From Octopus sinensis (Eukaryota): 64,000 nucleotides of DNA. Numbering within the stretch: the first letter of the stretch is position 1; each line of letters starts with the position of its first letter. The notes beneath the pieces were generated by a model. The model worked only from the letters and a program-made list of their open reading frames with translations, was not told the DNA's origin and made no database searches. This document shows, piece by piece, positions 52,966 to 64,000 of the stretch. The stretch covers positions 34,624 through 98,623 of the forward strand of contig NW_021832841.1 in the NCBI RefSeq assembly GCF_006345805.1, written 5' to 3'. The position numbers and the translations under genes were made by a program.

Positions 52966-55352
52966 GCCCACTCAGATACCTAGATAAAATTACCAAGGAC
53001 ATTAATAGAACGGACGGAGTCCTGGTCCAGTCCGACAAGACCAGGAACACATACAAGATGCCCATTAAGCAGTACCTAGATTTACTCGGTAAAGAGATCA
53101 AGAAAAATTATAGAAAAACCAATTGGAGTACCCTGAGGAAGGTAAACTTGGAAATTAAGGATATAATATTTAAACACCGAATTCAAATGAGAACTCAGCC
53201 GCTTAGCCCCAAGCAACCCAGATTTATAGTGAAGGACCATAAACCTAACTTCCACACCAACCCAGCGCTAAGACTCATATGCCCTGCTAGATCTGATATC
53301 GGGATAATCAGTAAGTACATTTTAGATAAATATATCCCTAGTTTAGTAAACAAGCTGAAGCTCAGCCTCTGGGCCAACTCCTCGCAGGTAGTGAAGTGGT
53401 TCTCTTCCATCCCCAATAAGAACCGTACTAGGTTCATTCAGTTTGATATCGCCAGCTTCTACCCCTCGATTAACCCTAGTGTGCTAAATAAGGCCCTCTG
53501 GCATGCTCACAACAAGGCTGGCCTCACCAGAGAGAGATAGATATCATTTTAGTTGCCAGGAAATCGTTTATTAAGTTTGATAATAAGTTGTGGATCCGTA
53601 AAGATACTCCCAATGAATTTGATGTGCCTATGGGTAGTTCGGATAGTGCGCAGATAGCCGATTTGGTCGGAATATATATTCTCTACGAATTGTCCGATCA
53701 ATTCCCGGAGATCGCGGGCGGCCTGTATCGTGACGATTGTCTGTTTTACCTGCAAAACACCACGAACAGAATAGTGCAGAAAACTAAGAGCAGGTTAGCT
53801 AGGTTTTTAATAGAATGGGCATGAGTATAGTTTTTGATAATGAACTCACCAAGGCTAATTTCCTAGACGTTACACTTAACCTTAATAGCGACTCATACTG
53901 CCCTTACCATAAGCCTTCCACTAATTTGAAGTATGTCAGTGTCTTCTCAAATCATGCCAAAACCGTAACAGACAATTTGGTTAAAAACATCTCTCTAAGA
54001 TTGTCTGGCTTGTCCGCCAGTGCCGATATTTTTATGCAGAAAGCGGATTTTTATAACGCCGCACTATCCAAGGCCGGTTATAGGCAGAAGGTATTTTATA
54101 TTGATCCGGCCCTTCCGATGCCATCATTCGGTCATCAGGATAGGGCCGTATATAATAACATTAACATTTAAGTAAGGACGGGAGCGCGGCGGATGCCGGG
54201 TAGTCGCTCCCGCATTTAATTTAGCGAACAAGGATAATTATCGTTACGGTCGGGAGGTCTTACACTAACCCAAGACCGTTATTCATCCGAGAATCACCCA
54301 CCCGAATGCGAGAGCTGGCGTCCCGACCCATCACACTGATAGGAATAAGCATATATGGTTGTAATCCCTTTGGTAAGCAGATTAGAACTAACCTCCCCCT
54401 CATGTTTAGACAAGCCATCGCCAATAACTTCCCCAGAATTCCCAATATATACTCCACGGTTAACTCACATAAAGTTAGGATAGCTTTCTCCAACACTAAA
54501 AACCTCGCCCAGATAATCGCCTCCCATAATAATAGGCTACTTACTAAGACCCTATCACCTTTTTCCGGAGGCACAGCCTCTTCCGCTCCCGGTTTAATGC
54601 TCAGTAGGAATAATTATAGTAGTAATAATGATATGAGAGCCAGTACAGTGACACATAATCTCAGCTCCAGCCAGGGAGTACCCACTAGGGGTATAGTTAT
54701 AAATAGGGGTGTTGTGGTTGACGGTAACAATGGGAGTAGGGTAGAGAGCCCCATTAGCATCCCCAGCATCATTTCCCGCAATAGCAGTACCACGGGCAGT
54801 AGCAATGACAGCACTCTGATAGATAGTGGAGAATCAGGGGTTATTCCTATAGTTAATAGTGACGTAGTGGAAAATAGAGTAGTAAGCGGCTGCAGGTCTC
54901 GGAACGAATATAGTGACAGGAACGCAGTTCTAATTTCAGAAACCAATCCTAGCAGATTAAGATTCACGTCGGCGAACTCCAAGATCAAAAACGCCGTCTA
55001 CCAATGCAAGGTTTACACGGACTCAGATGCCTTCACTTATGTAGGGGCATCATCCTCAAGATTGTCTTTGCGTGTCTCCAACCATTACGCAACTTTTCGG
55101 GACGTGAACAAGCGCCAGACCACGGGACTCAGTAAGCTAATATGGCGACTGAAGGATGCGAACTTAAGCTATAGGCTGGAATGGTCAATTTTGGTCGGTG
55201 GCCCTCCCATTTGATAGGGGCAGAAGACAGTGCAACCTTGTGTCTCCGAACTCTTCCATATTTTGTTTGCCAGAGGCCGGATGGTAAACGGCTCTTACAG
55301 TCGGCTTTTCGATGCCCCATTGGCGGCGTTACACTTATCTGGCCTTAAATAG
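52966..55352 (+). pseudogene. PLE reverse transcriptase and C-terminal GIY-YIG endonuclease, frameshifted
   Basis: SDKTRNTY, KDHKPNF..NPALRLICPARSDIG, FIQFDIASFYPSI, PMGSSDSAQIADLVG, GLYRDD, NFLDVTLNL; endonuclease AVYQCKV...TYVGAS...RVSNHYATF...TTGLSKLIWRLK. Confidence 0.88.
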
Positions 55353-55842
55353 CGTTTATAAATAATACCGGCACCCATAGCCCTTGGTAACAATTCTGAA
55401 ATAGCCTTTAAGATATCTACGATTAACCACTGCAAGGGAAATTACTCCTGTAAGACAAACGGGCTTGGTTTTTTCACAGCGGGGGGTTTCCTTGTCTAGG
55501 CAGGCTTAGATGAACACACACACACACACATAAAACATAATATATATATATAAAAATTTTTTTTTTTTTTTTCTTTCTGCCTGCCACCCAACGGTTATCA
55601 CGGCAGTAGCCACTGACAGCCGAACGATCAAACGCACACACGTACACAAAAAATGTTTTTCTACCCCTACGCCAACACACACATATATAGAACAGTATAC
55701 ACACACACACACTCTCTAAGTAGATTTTTTCTCGCCCCTTATAAACATCCAATATTCTTTAAATAGTCAGAACTTTATTCTCGGTCACAAAGAACATCTA
55801 TACACCCTCACCCACATGATTGACCGATGCCTGACCCGTTGA

Positions 55843-56128
55843 ATTCTTCAGCCACCGGTTCTCAACATACACTGATAAACAGTTCGCCATGGGCTCTTAG
55901 GAGCACAGTTCGATTTGTTTTTTGCTCCGCCTCTGTTCTGTTTTTGTTTTTCCAACGGATTTCCTTTTTCTTCCTGAAGAGAAAGACACAATATGGTCCC
56001 ATTATTCAATCGGATTTTGGTAATTTGTGCCTTTCGAAACACGTGTAGAATGAAATAAAACGATTTCTGTTCAATCTGCGTTCAGCTCCATTTCTTCAAT
56101 TCACCAATAATGTTTTAATTTCAATTAT
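55843..56128 (+). repeat. Right repeat, part of the 3' pseudo-LTR
   Basis: Partner of 52681-52965. Confidence 0.95.
55967..56055 (+). ncRNA. Type I hammerhead ribozyme motif
   Basis: CTGAAGA core (55974-55980); stem II GAAAGACACA/TGTGCCTTTC; GAAA (56036-56039); palindromic stem III ACACGTGT; GUA triplet; stem I TTTCTTC/GAA(T)GAAA. Confidence 0.8.
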
Positions 56129-56917
56129 CCGCACCAACGCACGGTTGCAACGCCAGATGGTTGTACCTCCAACCGTGCTGTTTACTGCTGTGATTTTTGC
56201 TACTAAGGTATCGGTTAAACTTTTGATTAATCTACTACAAGATTATTCATCTTTCTATTTCACATAATATATATATATATATATATATATACACATCATC
56301 CAAATGTAGTATTTGTATTATTTAATATTTCTGTCAGAAGAATTTCTAATAGGAAGTACCTTATATGTCTATCTAACATGTAAAACTCTGTAATTCCTAT
56401 GAGTAAATGAAACATGTGTAATGATGAATGAATGATATCAATAAATTTTCTAACTGCCCGTTTTGTTATGCATTTTTATAAGTATATATATATATATATA
56501 TATATCAAAACCATTCTTGTAGAAATTGATTACTTCTTAATTAATTAATTTTACCCTTTGTTATTATTGATAATAGAATTTTCTCCCTGATAACAAACTA
56601 CAGATTTTTTCTGTAGTATTTTACTTGACGACGCACGTGGATGGGCAGGGGAAGGTAAATGAACCTCATTCATATTTTGAATTCTGCGCTGCTAACACTG
56701 AACATGATCTGTCTGATACCGTTAGGTGGAGAGATATGTTCAATTATTCCAGTACCTTCGAATTTAATATTTCAATATTTAACATTGTTGGAGTACCATG
56801 CTGATGAGGAAAATGTTCTTTATACCGACTCTGGGAGTCCCTTTTTAAAGTAGAAGAAATAGCTAAGGTTTTGGCTGCTATTTCTAAAGCAAATCTTCGC
56901 TGAACCTTAATTATAAA

Positions 56918-56950
<33 letters not shown>

Positions 56951-57224
56951 TATGTATGTATACATTATTTACATATTGTGACATGTCGAAATGAACTCAT
57001 CCTAAAACATTCATTTGGTTGATGGTGCCTTCAAACCATGACCATCACATGAAACGTACGGACAATAGAATTATTAGATATTTCCGTATATTATGGCATA
57101 TGTTACATAACCCTCACGGGTGGGATACTTAGCAACTGGTTTAGGAGTATCCTACGGTGCAAATGTGTCACTTCAGGTGATTACAAGTTGTATCCCGTTA
57201 AAATAACAACTGTTCCACAAGATA

Positions 57225-58468
57225 CGAGGGGCGTTCAATAAATAATGCCCCTGACCCACTTGCAGTTGTTTGATCTAGCTGAGATTTTGCATGTGCACTT
57301 ATTTATACCTCTATAGATAAAGTGGCGAATTACAGCTGGTTTCTGATTTACAGGTGTTTGAACTGAGTCAAGTGTGAAATGGAGCCTGTTGAGTGTCGAG
57401 CAGTGATCTGGTTTTTGTATTTGAAAGGACGCACACCACGGGAGACTTTTGATGAAATGAAAGTAACTTATGGTGATGATGCCCCATCATATAACCTTGT
57501 AAAACGCTGGCATTGTGAATTCAAGCATAGTCGGAACTCTGTGGAAACAGCTCCCAGATCTGGTCGCCCCATTCTGCCGTTGATGAGACGTCTGTCCGTC
57601 AAGTTGAGGCTGCCATTTTGGAAGGTCAACGCATAACTATTCGCCAAATAGCCCATAAGGTCAAGATTAGTACCGGGTCTGTGGAAACTATCATTCATGA
57701 CCATTTGCATATGCAAAAGGTGTCTGCCAGATGGATTTCCAGGTTGCTCACACCTTTCCAGAAGCAAGAACGCGTTGAGTGCTCGAGGACGAATTTGGAG
57801 ATGTGCCAAGAAGATGAGTCAAAATTTTTCAAAAGACTGATCACACAGGATAAAACCTGGGTCCATCACTATGATCCATAGACCAAAGCCCAGTCAATGC
57901 AGTGAAAGCACCGTGACTCACCCCCTCCAAAGAAGGCAAGGGTGCAGCCCTCCGCTGACAAGTCTTCTGGGACCAGGACGGAGTAGTGATGACAGATTTC
58001 CTGGCAAAGGGTACCACAATTACAGGAGCCTATTATGCTTCACTGTTGAGGAAATTAAGAGAAGCAATCAAAATCAAGAGGCGGGGCAAGATAAGCAAAG
58101 GCATCCTCCTCCTGCAGGACAACGCTCCGGTCCACAACTCGCGTGTCGCCAGATCAGAAGCACAGGCGTGCAGCTATGAACTCCTCCCCTTGCACCCTCT
58201 GATTTTCACCTCTTCCCAGCCATGAAGATTTTTTTGAAAGGAAAGCGTTTCCCAGATGATGCAGCCTTGATTTCTGAAGTCACGTCGTGGTTGGAGGACC
58301 AAGCTGTGGTCTTCTACAAAAACGGTCTCCAGAGCTGTATCAAACGATGGGAGAAATGCATAACTCTGAGTAGTTCCTATGTAGGAAAAGACTAATAACT
58401 GTGCCAAGTGTCGTTGCTCTACTGCTATGGGAAGTGGGTCAGGGGCATTACTTATTGAATGCCCCTCG
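57225..58468 (+). mobile_element. Full-length mariner (1244 bp)
   Basis: 37-bp TIRs CGAGGGGC(G/A)TTCAATAA(A/G)TAATGCCCCTGACCCACTT; TA TSD on both sides. Confidence 0.95.
57379..58395 (+). pseudogene. mariner transposase, disrupted
   Basis: MEPVECRAVI...RSGRP...KVSARWIS...LITQDKTWVHHYDP...LLQDNAPVH...FHLFP...RWEKCI; stops and frameshifts. Confidence 0.9.
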
Positions 58469-58582
58469 TATCTTCTCGGTTTGTGAATAGAAAAGCAGAG
58501 AATTAGAGTATACAGTTTTATTTTCATATAAGATCAATAATAAGTAACACTTTATTTAAAAGCAGCAGAAATATAACAAACG

Positions 58583-58620
58583 CTGTTACTCTGAGTTTCA
58601 CGTTCCCGTTCGTCTGACAG
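58583..58620 (-). ncRNA. Minimal hammerhead-like motif with U4A core variant
   Basis: Minus strand reads CTGT-CAGACGA-ACG-GGAA-CGT-GAAA-CTC-A-GAG-TA-ACAG; three stems form. Confidence 0.6.
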
Positions 58621-58626
58621 TTTTGT

Positions 58627-58661
<35 letters not shown>

Positions 58662-58837
58662 GGATTTGTGTTCTCTTCTGTTTTAATTATTTAAATTCTT
58701 TCTCTGGGGAAGTAGGCTGGTTCCTAACAAAGATACAAAGCTCCATCATCGGGATGTAGATAAGTAACATAATGTCACGTTTTAAACTTCAGAAAAGTCT
58801 TGCATGCATTCCTGTTCTATTTACAGATTGTGTTTGT

Positions 58838-59089
58838 GATATTCAGCGTGACACAGACAGTGACAAGGCCGGCCCTTTGAAATACAGGTACAACAGAAAC
58901 AGGAAGTAAGAGTGAGAGAAAGTTGCGGTGAAAGAGTACAACAGGGATCACCACCATCCCCTGCCGGAGCATCGTGGAGCTTTAGGTGTTTTCGCTCAAT
59001 AAACACTCACAACGCCCGGTCTGGGAATCGAAACCGCGATCCTACGACCGCGAGTCCGCTGCCCTAACCACTGGGCCATTGCGCCTCTA
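58838..59089 (-). mobile_element. SINE family A (3' truncated)
   Basis: Head and central domain only. Confidence 0.88.
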
Positions 59090-59159
59090 CCCTGATTATT
59101 TTTAGTATAAATGTAAATATATAACCTGAATATAAAAGCTGGAGGCTTCGAAGCAATTG

Positions 59160-59427
59160 TCCATGGTTTTCCTTTTTCTCTTTGCTTTTCAAAGAGATAT
59201 TCTCGGGGCAAGGGTGCACACATAATGTGACCTCGTGTGTACCGTTGGCGATTTTTTTCCTCTGTCTTCCCTTCTCTGGATCTTTCCTTCTTCTATGTTT
59301 CCGACGAAGAGCTCCGCTCGAAACGTTAAACCCTCCTTCTTCCCTTCTTTCCTGAGCGTCCAATAATACTATATTTGCTCCACGTCCTCGCGTGTTGTGT
59401 TTTTTGTGCTTTCTTGTTTGGATTAAC

Positions 59428-59430
<3 letters not shown>
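59160..59430 (+). mobile_element. Putative solo PLE pseudo-LTR fragment
   Basis: Pyrimidine-rich segment containing a minimal hammerhead and ending at a (TA)n tract. Confidence 0.5.
59297..59331 (+). ncRNA. Minimal hammerhead motif with U4C core variant
   Basis: GTTT-CCGACGA-A-GAGC-TCC-GCTC-GAAA-CGTT-AAAC; palindromic stem III AACGTT. Confidence 0.68.
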
Positions 59431-59492
<62 letters not shown>

Positions 59493-59495
<3 letters not shown>

Positions 59496-59698
59496 AAGGT
59501 GCTGAAAATTTTCTCGCTTTAAGGGTATCGTGGAAGGCCCAACCTTCCGATTTCTTTTACGGGGCTTAGAAAAACTAATGGACTGCTGCAATAAGTATAT
59601 GAATCTGAGAGTGGAATATGTTCAATATAATCACAATTAACTGATACTTTTGCATTTCTTTTTACCCAAAGCCATGAATTTTTCAAGTCCGACTCTCT
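59493..59698 (+). mobile_element. Miniature mariner derivative
   Basis: Diverged TIRs GGTGCTGAAAATTTTCTCGCTTT and AAAGCCATGAATTTTTCAAG; transposase C-terminal remnant [21 protein letters not shown]. Confidence 0.6.
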
Positions 59699-59699
59699 T

Positions 59700-59713
59700 A
59701 GATAAATAGATAC

Positions 59714-59790
<77 letters not shown>

Positions 59791-59820
59791 CGGACGGACG
59801 GACGGATGGATGGATGGATG

Positions 59821-59915
<95 letters not shown>

Positions 59916-59940
59916 GGATGGATGGATGGATGGATGGAGA
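59700..59940. repeat. Compound (AGAT)/(GGAC)/(GGAT)/(AGAC) tetranucleotide tract
   Basis: Direct reading. Confidence 0.96.
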
Positions 59941-60214
59941 GAGGGGGAGGAGGACGGGGGAGGGACGGGTTGACGGACGGATGGATACACACACTCACAC
60001 ACACAAAAGTCTGGTATGTGAGAACACACAGCAATAGCGTTTCCTTACTTTTTCAAATATACCCAAACTTAAAACGATGTTATACAACGATATCATTCAT
60101 TCGGCATGTGTTGATATATGCCAAAGCACTTAAATTCCACACAAATATATGTTACTTTACGTATAATTTATGTATTAATTCTAGTTACTGAAACTTGCAA
60201 AAAAGCATATTTTA

Positions 60215-61290
60215 TTTTAAAGTATCTCCTTGTAGACACAATTGTCAGTAATCATCCTGTTTCCATTTCTCTCAGCCAATGTTTTTACATTAGCCTTATT
60301 TCAAGCACTAGATAATGCAACATACAGCTGACCATATGAGAAGAATTTTGTCGGAAGATATATTGCAATTTGTTCAAAAGCCTGTCCCTGTGCCCTGGTG
60401 CACGTCAAGGTAAAAGCTGGCTTGACAGAAAATTATCTGCCTGTAAATGGAAATGGAAATTCCATTTCTTGAGATACATGTGGTTTTGCAGAGTTGGTCC
60501 TGTATAAGGAGCAGAAGCAACCTCAGCCTCAATAACAAGATCATGTAAACTGATAATGGTGTAGTGTGTGTCATTGCAATGTCCTCTAAATTTCTCGGAA
60601 GCATTATCATTATGCATCGTTTTGTCTTCAGTTTGAGAATGTGTGGTGGAAACTCTGATGGTTTCTGAAGCTTGTTGATGAACTCGATTGGGTACAGAGT
60701 TTTATTATCAGCTGTATCTGAGCTTCTGTCTATTTTTAGTTCACCAGGGATCCTGGTCAACAGAAAATCATTCACAAATTGTGCTGCTGCATTTGTTGGA
60801 GTAACGATGCTTCTATTTGCAAGCCACACAGTGTTTGTAAATTTATTTTTGAAGTCAGCATATACAAAATCACATAGATCTAAAAGAGCACCACTTTCAA
60901 GGCAAGGGTCATTGGGTAGTTTGATTTTGAATTCACCTGTTGCCATTTCCTACATCAAGAAGGTAATTAGCAAACTCTCTTTCTGTAAGAAGTCTTAGAC
61001 TGGCTGTCAACTCCGCTACTTCCACATGATCGCAAAGAAAAGATCTCTTTAGTGTTGCATCAACAATTTGTGATCTGACACCCTTATTCTGAAGTAGAAT
61101 ATTCTCCTCTCGAGCTACTCTAACCAATCGGTCATGTGTAGCGGAAACAGCATCATGTCTACGTCTCCGTGCATATTCAGACATCTGTTTCAGTCGCTTT
61201 GCCCTGGATTCATCTGATTCAGTTGCCCATCTTTCTCTCTGCCCTTGTTATTTGCTGCTAAATTTTCTCTTTCAGTCGCATATATAAATG
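60215..61290 (-). mobile_element. Helitron remnant: N-terminal repeat region fused to the PIF1 helicase C-terminus
   Basis: ESDESRAKRLKQMSEYARRRR, then FANYLLDVGNG, NRSIVTPTN, YPIEFINKL, PPHILKLK, AFALTCTRAQGQ, FFSHGQLYVALS. Confidence 0.85.
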
Positions 61291-61436
61291 AAAGCTCGTT
61301 AAAAAACTACCTTGTTTAGCGTACTAGAAATAGCAGCGATCACATAGTTATTATTATAAGGCTTATACCGTTCCAAGTAGTCATACCAACAAAATACTCC
61401 TTCATTGACAAAAAAAAGTATATCGGTATATCAAAG

Positions 61437-61745
61437 AATTTTCATTTTATCAAAAATATTCATTTAACAAACTCTGGAAACTGATAATATTCTTGAAATT
61501 GTGCCTCGTATCAAAGTTATACAGCTATTTTGTGTAAACATGAAATGAAAAAATCGTATAAGTGAAAGCTCGTTAAAGTTATACAGCTATTTTTTGTAAT
61601 AGCAAGCATTCATTCAACACAAAATCACTTAAAAATTATACCTGTATATTAAAAAATTTTCATTTTATCAAAAATATTCATTTACAATCTCTGGAAACTG
61701 ATAATATTCCTGAAATTGTGTTTCACATCAAAGTTATATAACTAT
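61437..61745. repeat. Imperfect direct repeat of about 100 bp, spacing about 220 bp
   Basis: AATTTTCATTTTATCAAAAATATTCATTTA...CTCTGGAAACTGATAATATTC..GAAATTGTG occurs twice; likely Helitron 5' region. Confidence 0.8.
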
Positions 61746-62112
61746 TATTAAATTATCTTTAATGAAAATAGAAGCGAGCGAGAATGAGAGACTGTTGCAA
61801 ATAAAAACGTAAAATGTTGCCCGAATAAATAATGTTTATTATTAAACTTGAAAACCTACCCCGCAGTGAATGCAATGAATATTTAAACTTATGAAGAATT
61901 GGACGCAGTGAACGCAATGAATATTTAAATTTGCAAGAATTTGGAGTTAAAAAAATAATTCAATAAACTTCAGAAGTCGAAATTATTGGAAATTTCTTAG
62001 AACATGAATTTATAAAAATATTTCCAGACAGTCAAGCTTTTAATAATTGCTTTCTTTTAGTAGTTTTAGCAATTGTTACATACCTAATTAATAAGCAGCT
62101 TTCTCCATTATA

Positions 62113-62182
62113 GTATGTATGTATGTATGTATGTATGTATGTATGTATGTATGTATGTATGTATGTATGTATGTATGTATGT
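62113..62182. repeat. (TATG)n microsatellite
   Basis: Direct reading. Confidence 0.96.
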
Positions 62183-62384
62183 GTGAAACCACCTCTTAGC
62201 TACTATTGCTTTCAGGTCTGTGGAGCAGTAGCACGTGTCAGGGTCCCACTTATGGATTAATTAGCATATTAGCGCTTCCCTACCCATGCATTTAACATCT
62301 GGACCCAGAGGACTGTGCGGGAGAAACCTTCATTATTCAACGGAGAGAAAGTCGGCTGTAGCAATTTAGTGGGGAATGTAGAGA

Positions 62385-62645
62385 GCAAGATGGACAAGTG
62401 TCTTCTTCTATAGCTTAGAACCGACCAAAGCTTTGTAAGTGGATCTGGTAGACGGAAATTGAAAGAAGACTGTCGTATATATGTATGCGCGCGCGCGTGT
62501 GTGTGTGTTCTTTGTGCTTATGTTTGTCCACCAACACCGCTTGACAACCGGTGTTGGTGTGTTTATTTCCCTGTAACTTAGCGGTTCGGCAAAAGAGAAC
62601 CGATAGAACCGTAAGTATCAGGCTTCAAAAAGAAATAAGTACTGA
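62385..62645 (+). mobile_element. Decayed SINE family B
   Basis: CAAGTGTCTTCT.CTATAGC...GTGGAT.TGGTAGACGGAAA...CTTGACAACCG...CTTAGCGGTTCGGCAAAAGAG. Confidence 0.78.
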
Positions 62646-63695
62646 GTAAAAATTCTTCAAGGAAGTCCCTAGAATGACTCGAGTCTAATCACTGACACCA
62701 GTAAAGGCTAAAAGAAATTGCGTAAATCTGTCTAGGTAATTATTTTACAACTTAGAGTCACTCAAATTTAATTTAACTAGTTGTTCCTATTCAAAATTGT
62801 CATTAATTGATGTCATTAATAAATAAGCAAACTTTAGCAACACCTCGTGTAATAATAGAGTTAGTGCTAATCTTTATTTATTATGCTTTTCTTTGAACGA
62901 CGATTGCTTAACAGACCGAGAAAAAATAACGCATGCGCATCAGCCATTCTCGTCCTTGAGGAGGTGAACACATAAAAACGAGTCTACAGCATCTTTACAT
63001 CTGAACACCTGCTTTTACCTGTAGCTTATAAATTATTCCTTGTATAGTAAGCCGTATCACCGATATTTCCATGAATTAAAAATGCATTTCGTTTGTAGCA
63101 AAGCTTGTGTCTTGTTTTATTTATTCGTTAGAGTCCTTAACTTAGATTAATAAACTTGGTTGAAAAGGTTTTATTTTCTGATAACGAATCGTTGGCAGTA
63201 AAAAAAATTTTTTTGTTGTTTGTTTGTTCTTGCTTGAATGTTTTACTAATTTTCATATTTTTTTTTCTTATCCTCATTACGAATGTTGTTTTGCTTGTTT
63301 TACATACGACTAAGTGTTTTTTGTGTAAAAATTCATGAGGTTTCCGTTTTTGTTGTTGTTGTTGTTGTTGTTACTCTCCTTGTTACTAAGCAGTTTCGTT
63401 ATTTTTGCTTCTTTAATTATACACTACGTTCGATTACGTATGTAATCAACCATTCTAGTTGGTAACTTTCATTCACACACAGACACGCACGGCTATATGT
63501 GTGTACGCGTACGTGCACGCATGTGTGTGTGTGCGTGTGTGTGTGTATGTGTGTGGTGTGTTTTATTTATGGGTTAACAAGGCTACCATTGGTTTCATGC
63601 TGAGAATTCTCAGCAATTATCAAGCCTGCTACGTGGGTTGCTACTTGCCTCCATCATGGATACGAATACAACGAAGCTACATGAAACTTGGATGA

Positions 63696-63740
<45 letters not shown>

Positions 63741-64000
63741 ATATATATATAAATCTGAACTGCGAAAAGTTTGTCTCATTTTGGCATTGGAACGGGTTAA
63801 AGGGCACTAGATCCCGTCAGATTGACTCCAAAATTTACAGGGACATGTAAAATGAGGTGAGGATGGGAGTGGGCTAGGTTAGAAATCCCTATCTTAACAG
63901 GTGGGGTTACTAGGGCAAAAAAAGCACACTTTGACAAGGTATTCTCATTCTATTATCTGCCTGTCTTCCTCCATCTCTCTCTCTCTTTCCTCCCTTCCTT

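Larger units (their letters stand above)
52681..56270 (+). mobile_element. Penelope-like element, 5'-truncated, with an inverted copy of its 3' pseudo-LTR at the 5' end
   Basis: RT plus GIY-YIG ORF; inverted repeats 52681-52965 and 55843-56128; TA-rich microsatellite on both flanks. Confidence 0.88.

Noticed and set aside
56795-56875. CTGATGAG...GAAATAGCTA
   Set aside because: No stem II closing at GAAA and no UH triplet

Overview
AT-rich eukaryotic (animal) genomic DNA. The SINE families and microsatellite load suggest a cephalopod, probably octopus; this is inference from repeat content. No intact host protein-coding gene, rRNA, true tRNA or CRISPR array is recognisable. Nearly all long ORFs in the six-frame track are microsatellite artefacts or transposon fragments. 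The window is a dense mosaic of mobile DNA: (1) three abundant tRNA-headed SINE families plus older relatives; (2) R4/Dong-type retroelement fragments sitting in (TAA)n tracts; (3) two tandem Tx1/L1-clade LINEs embedded in (GATA)n tracts, one full length at about 6.1 kb; (4) a Penelope-like element (RT plus C-terminal GIY-YIG) with about 285-bp inverted repeats, each carrying a type I hammerhead ribozyme motif, and two further hammerhead-like motifs nearby; (5) RTE and CR1 fragments, mariner, hAT, Helitron and MITEs. Main points of interest: different retroelements appear to specialise on different microsatellites; SINE 3' tails match LINEs present in the same window (SINE-C with Tx1, SINE-A with RTE showing a compensatory base pair, and more weakly SINE-B with CR1); and the hammerhead architectures are unusual. 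Coordinates were read by eye and may be off by a few bases, more for decayed elements.
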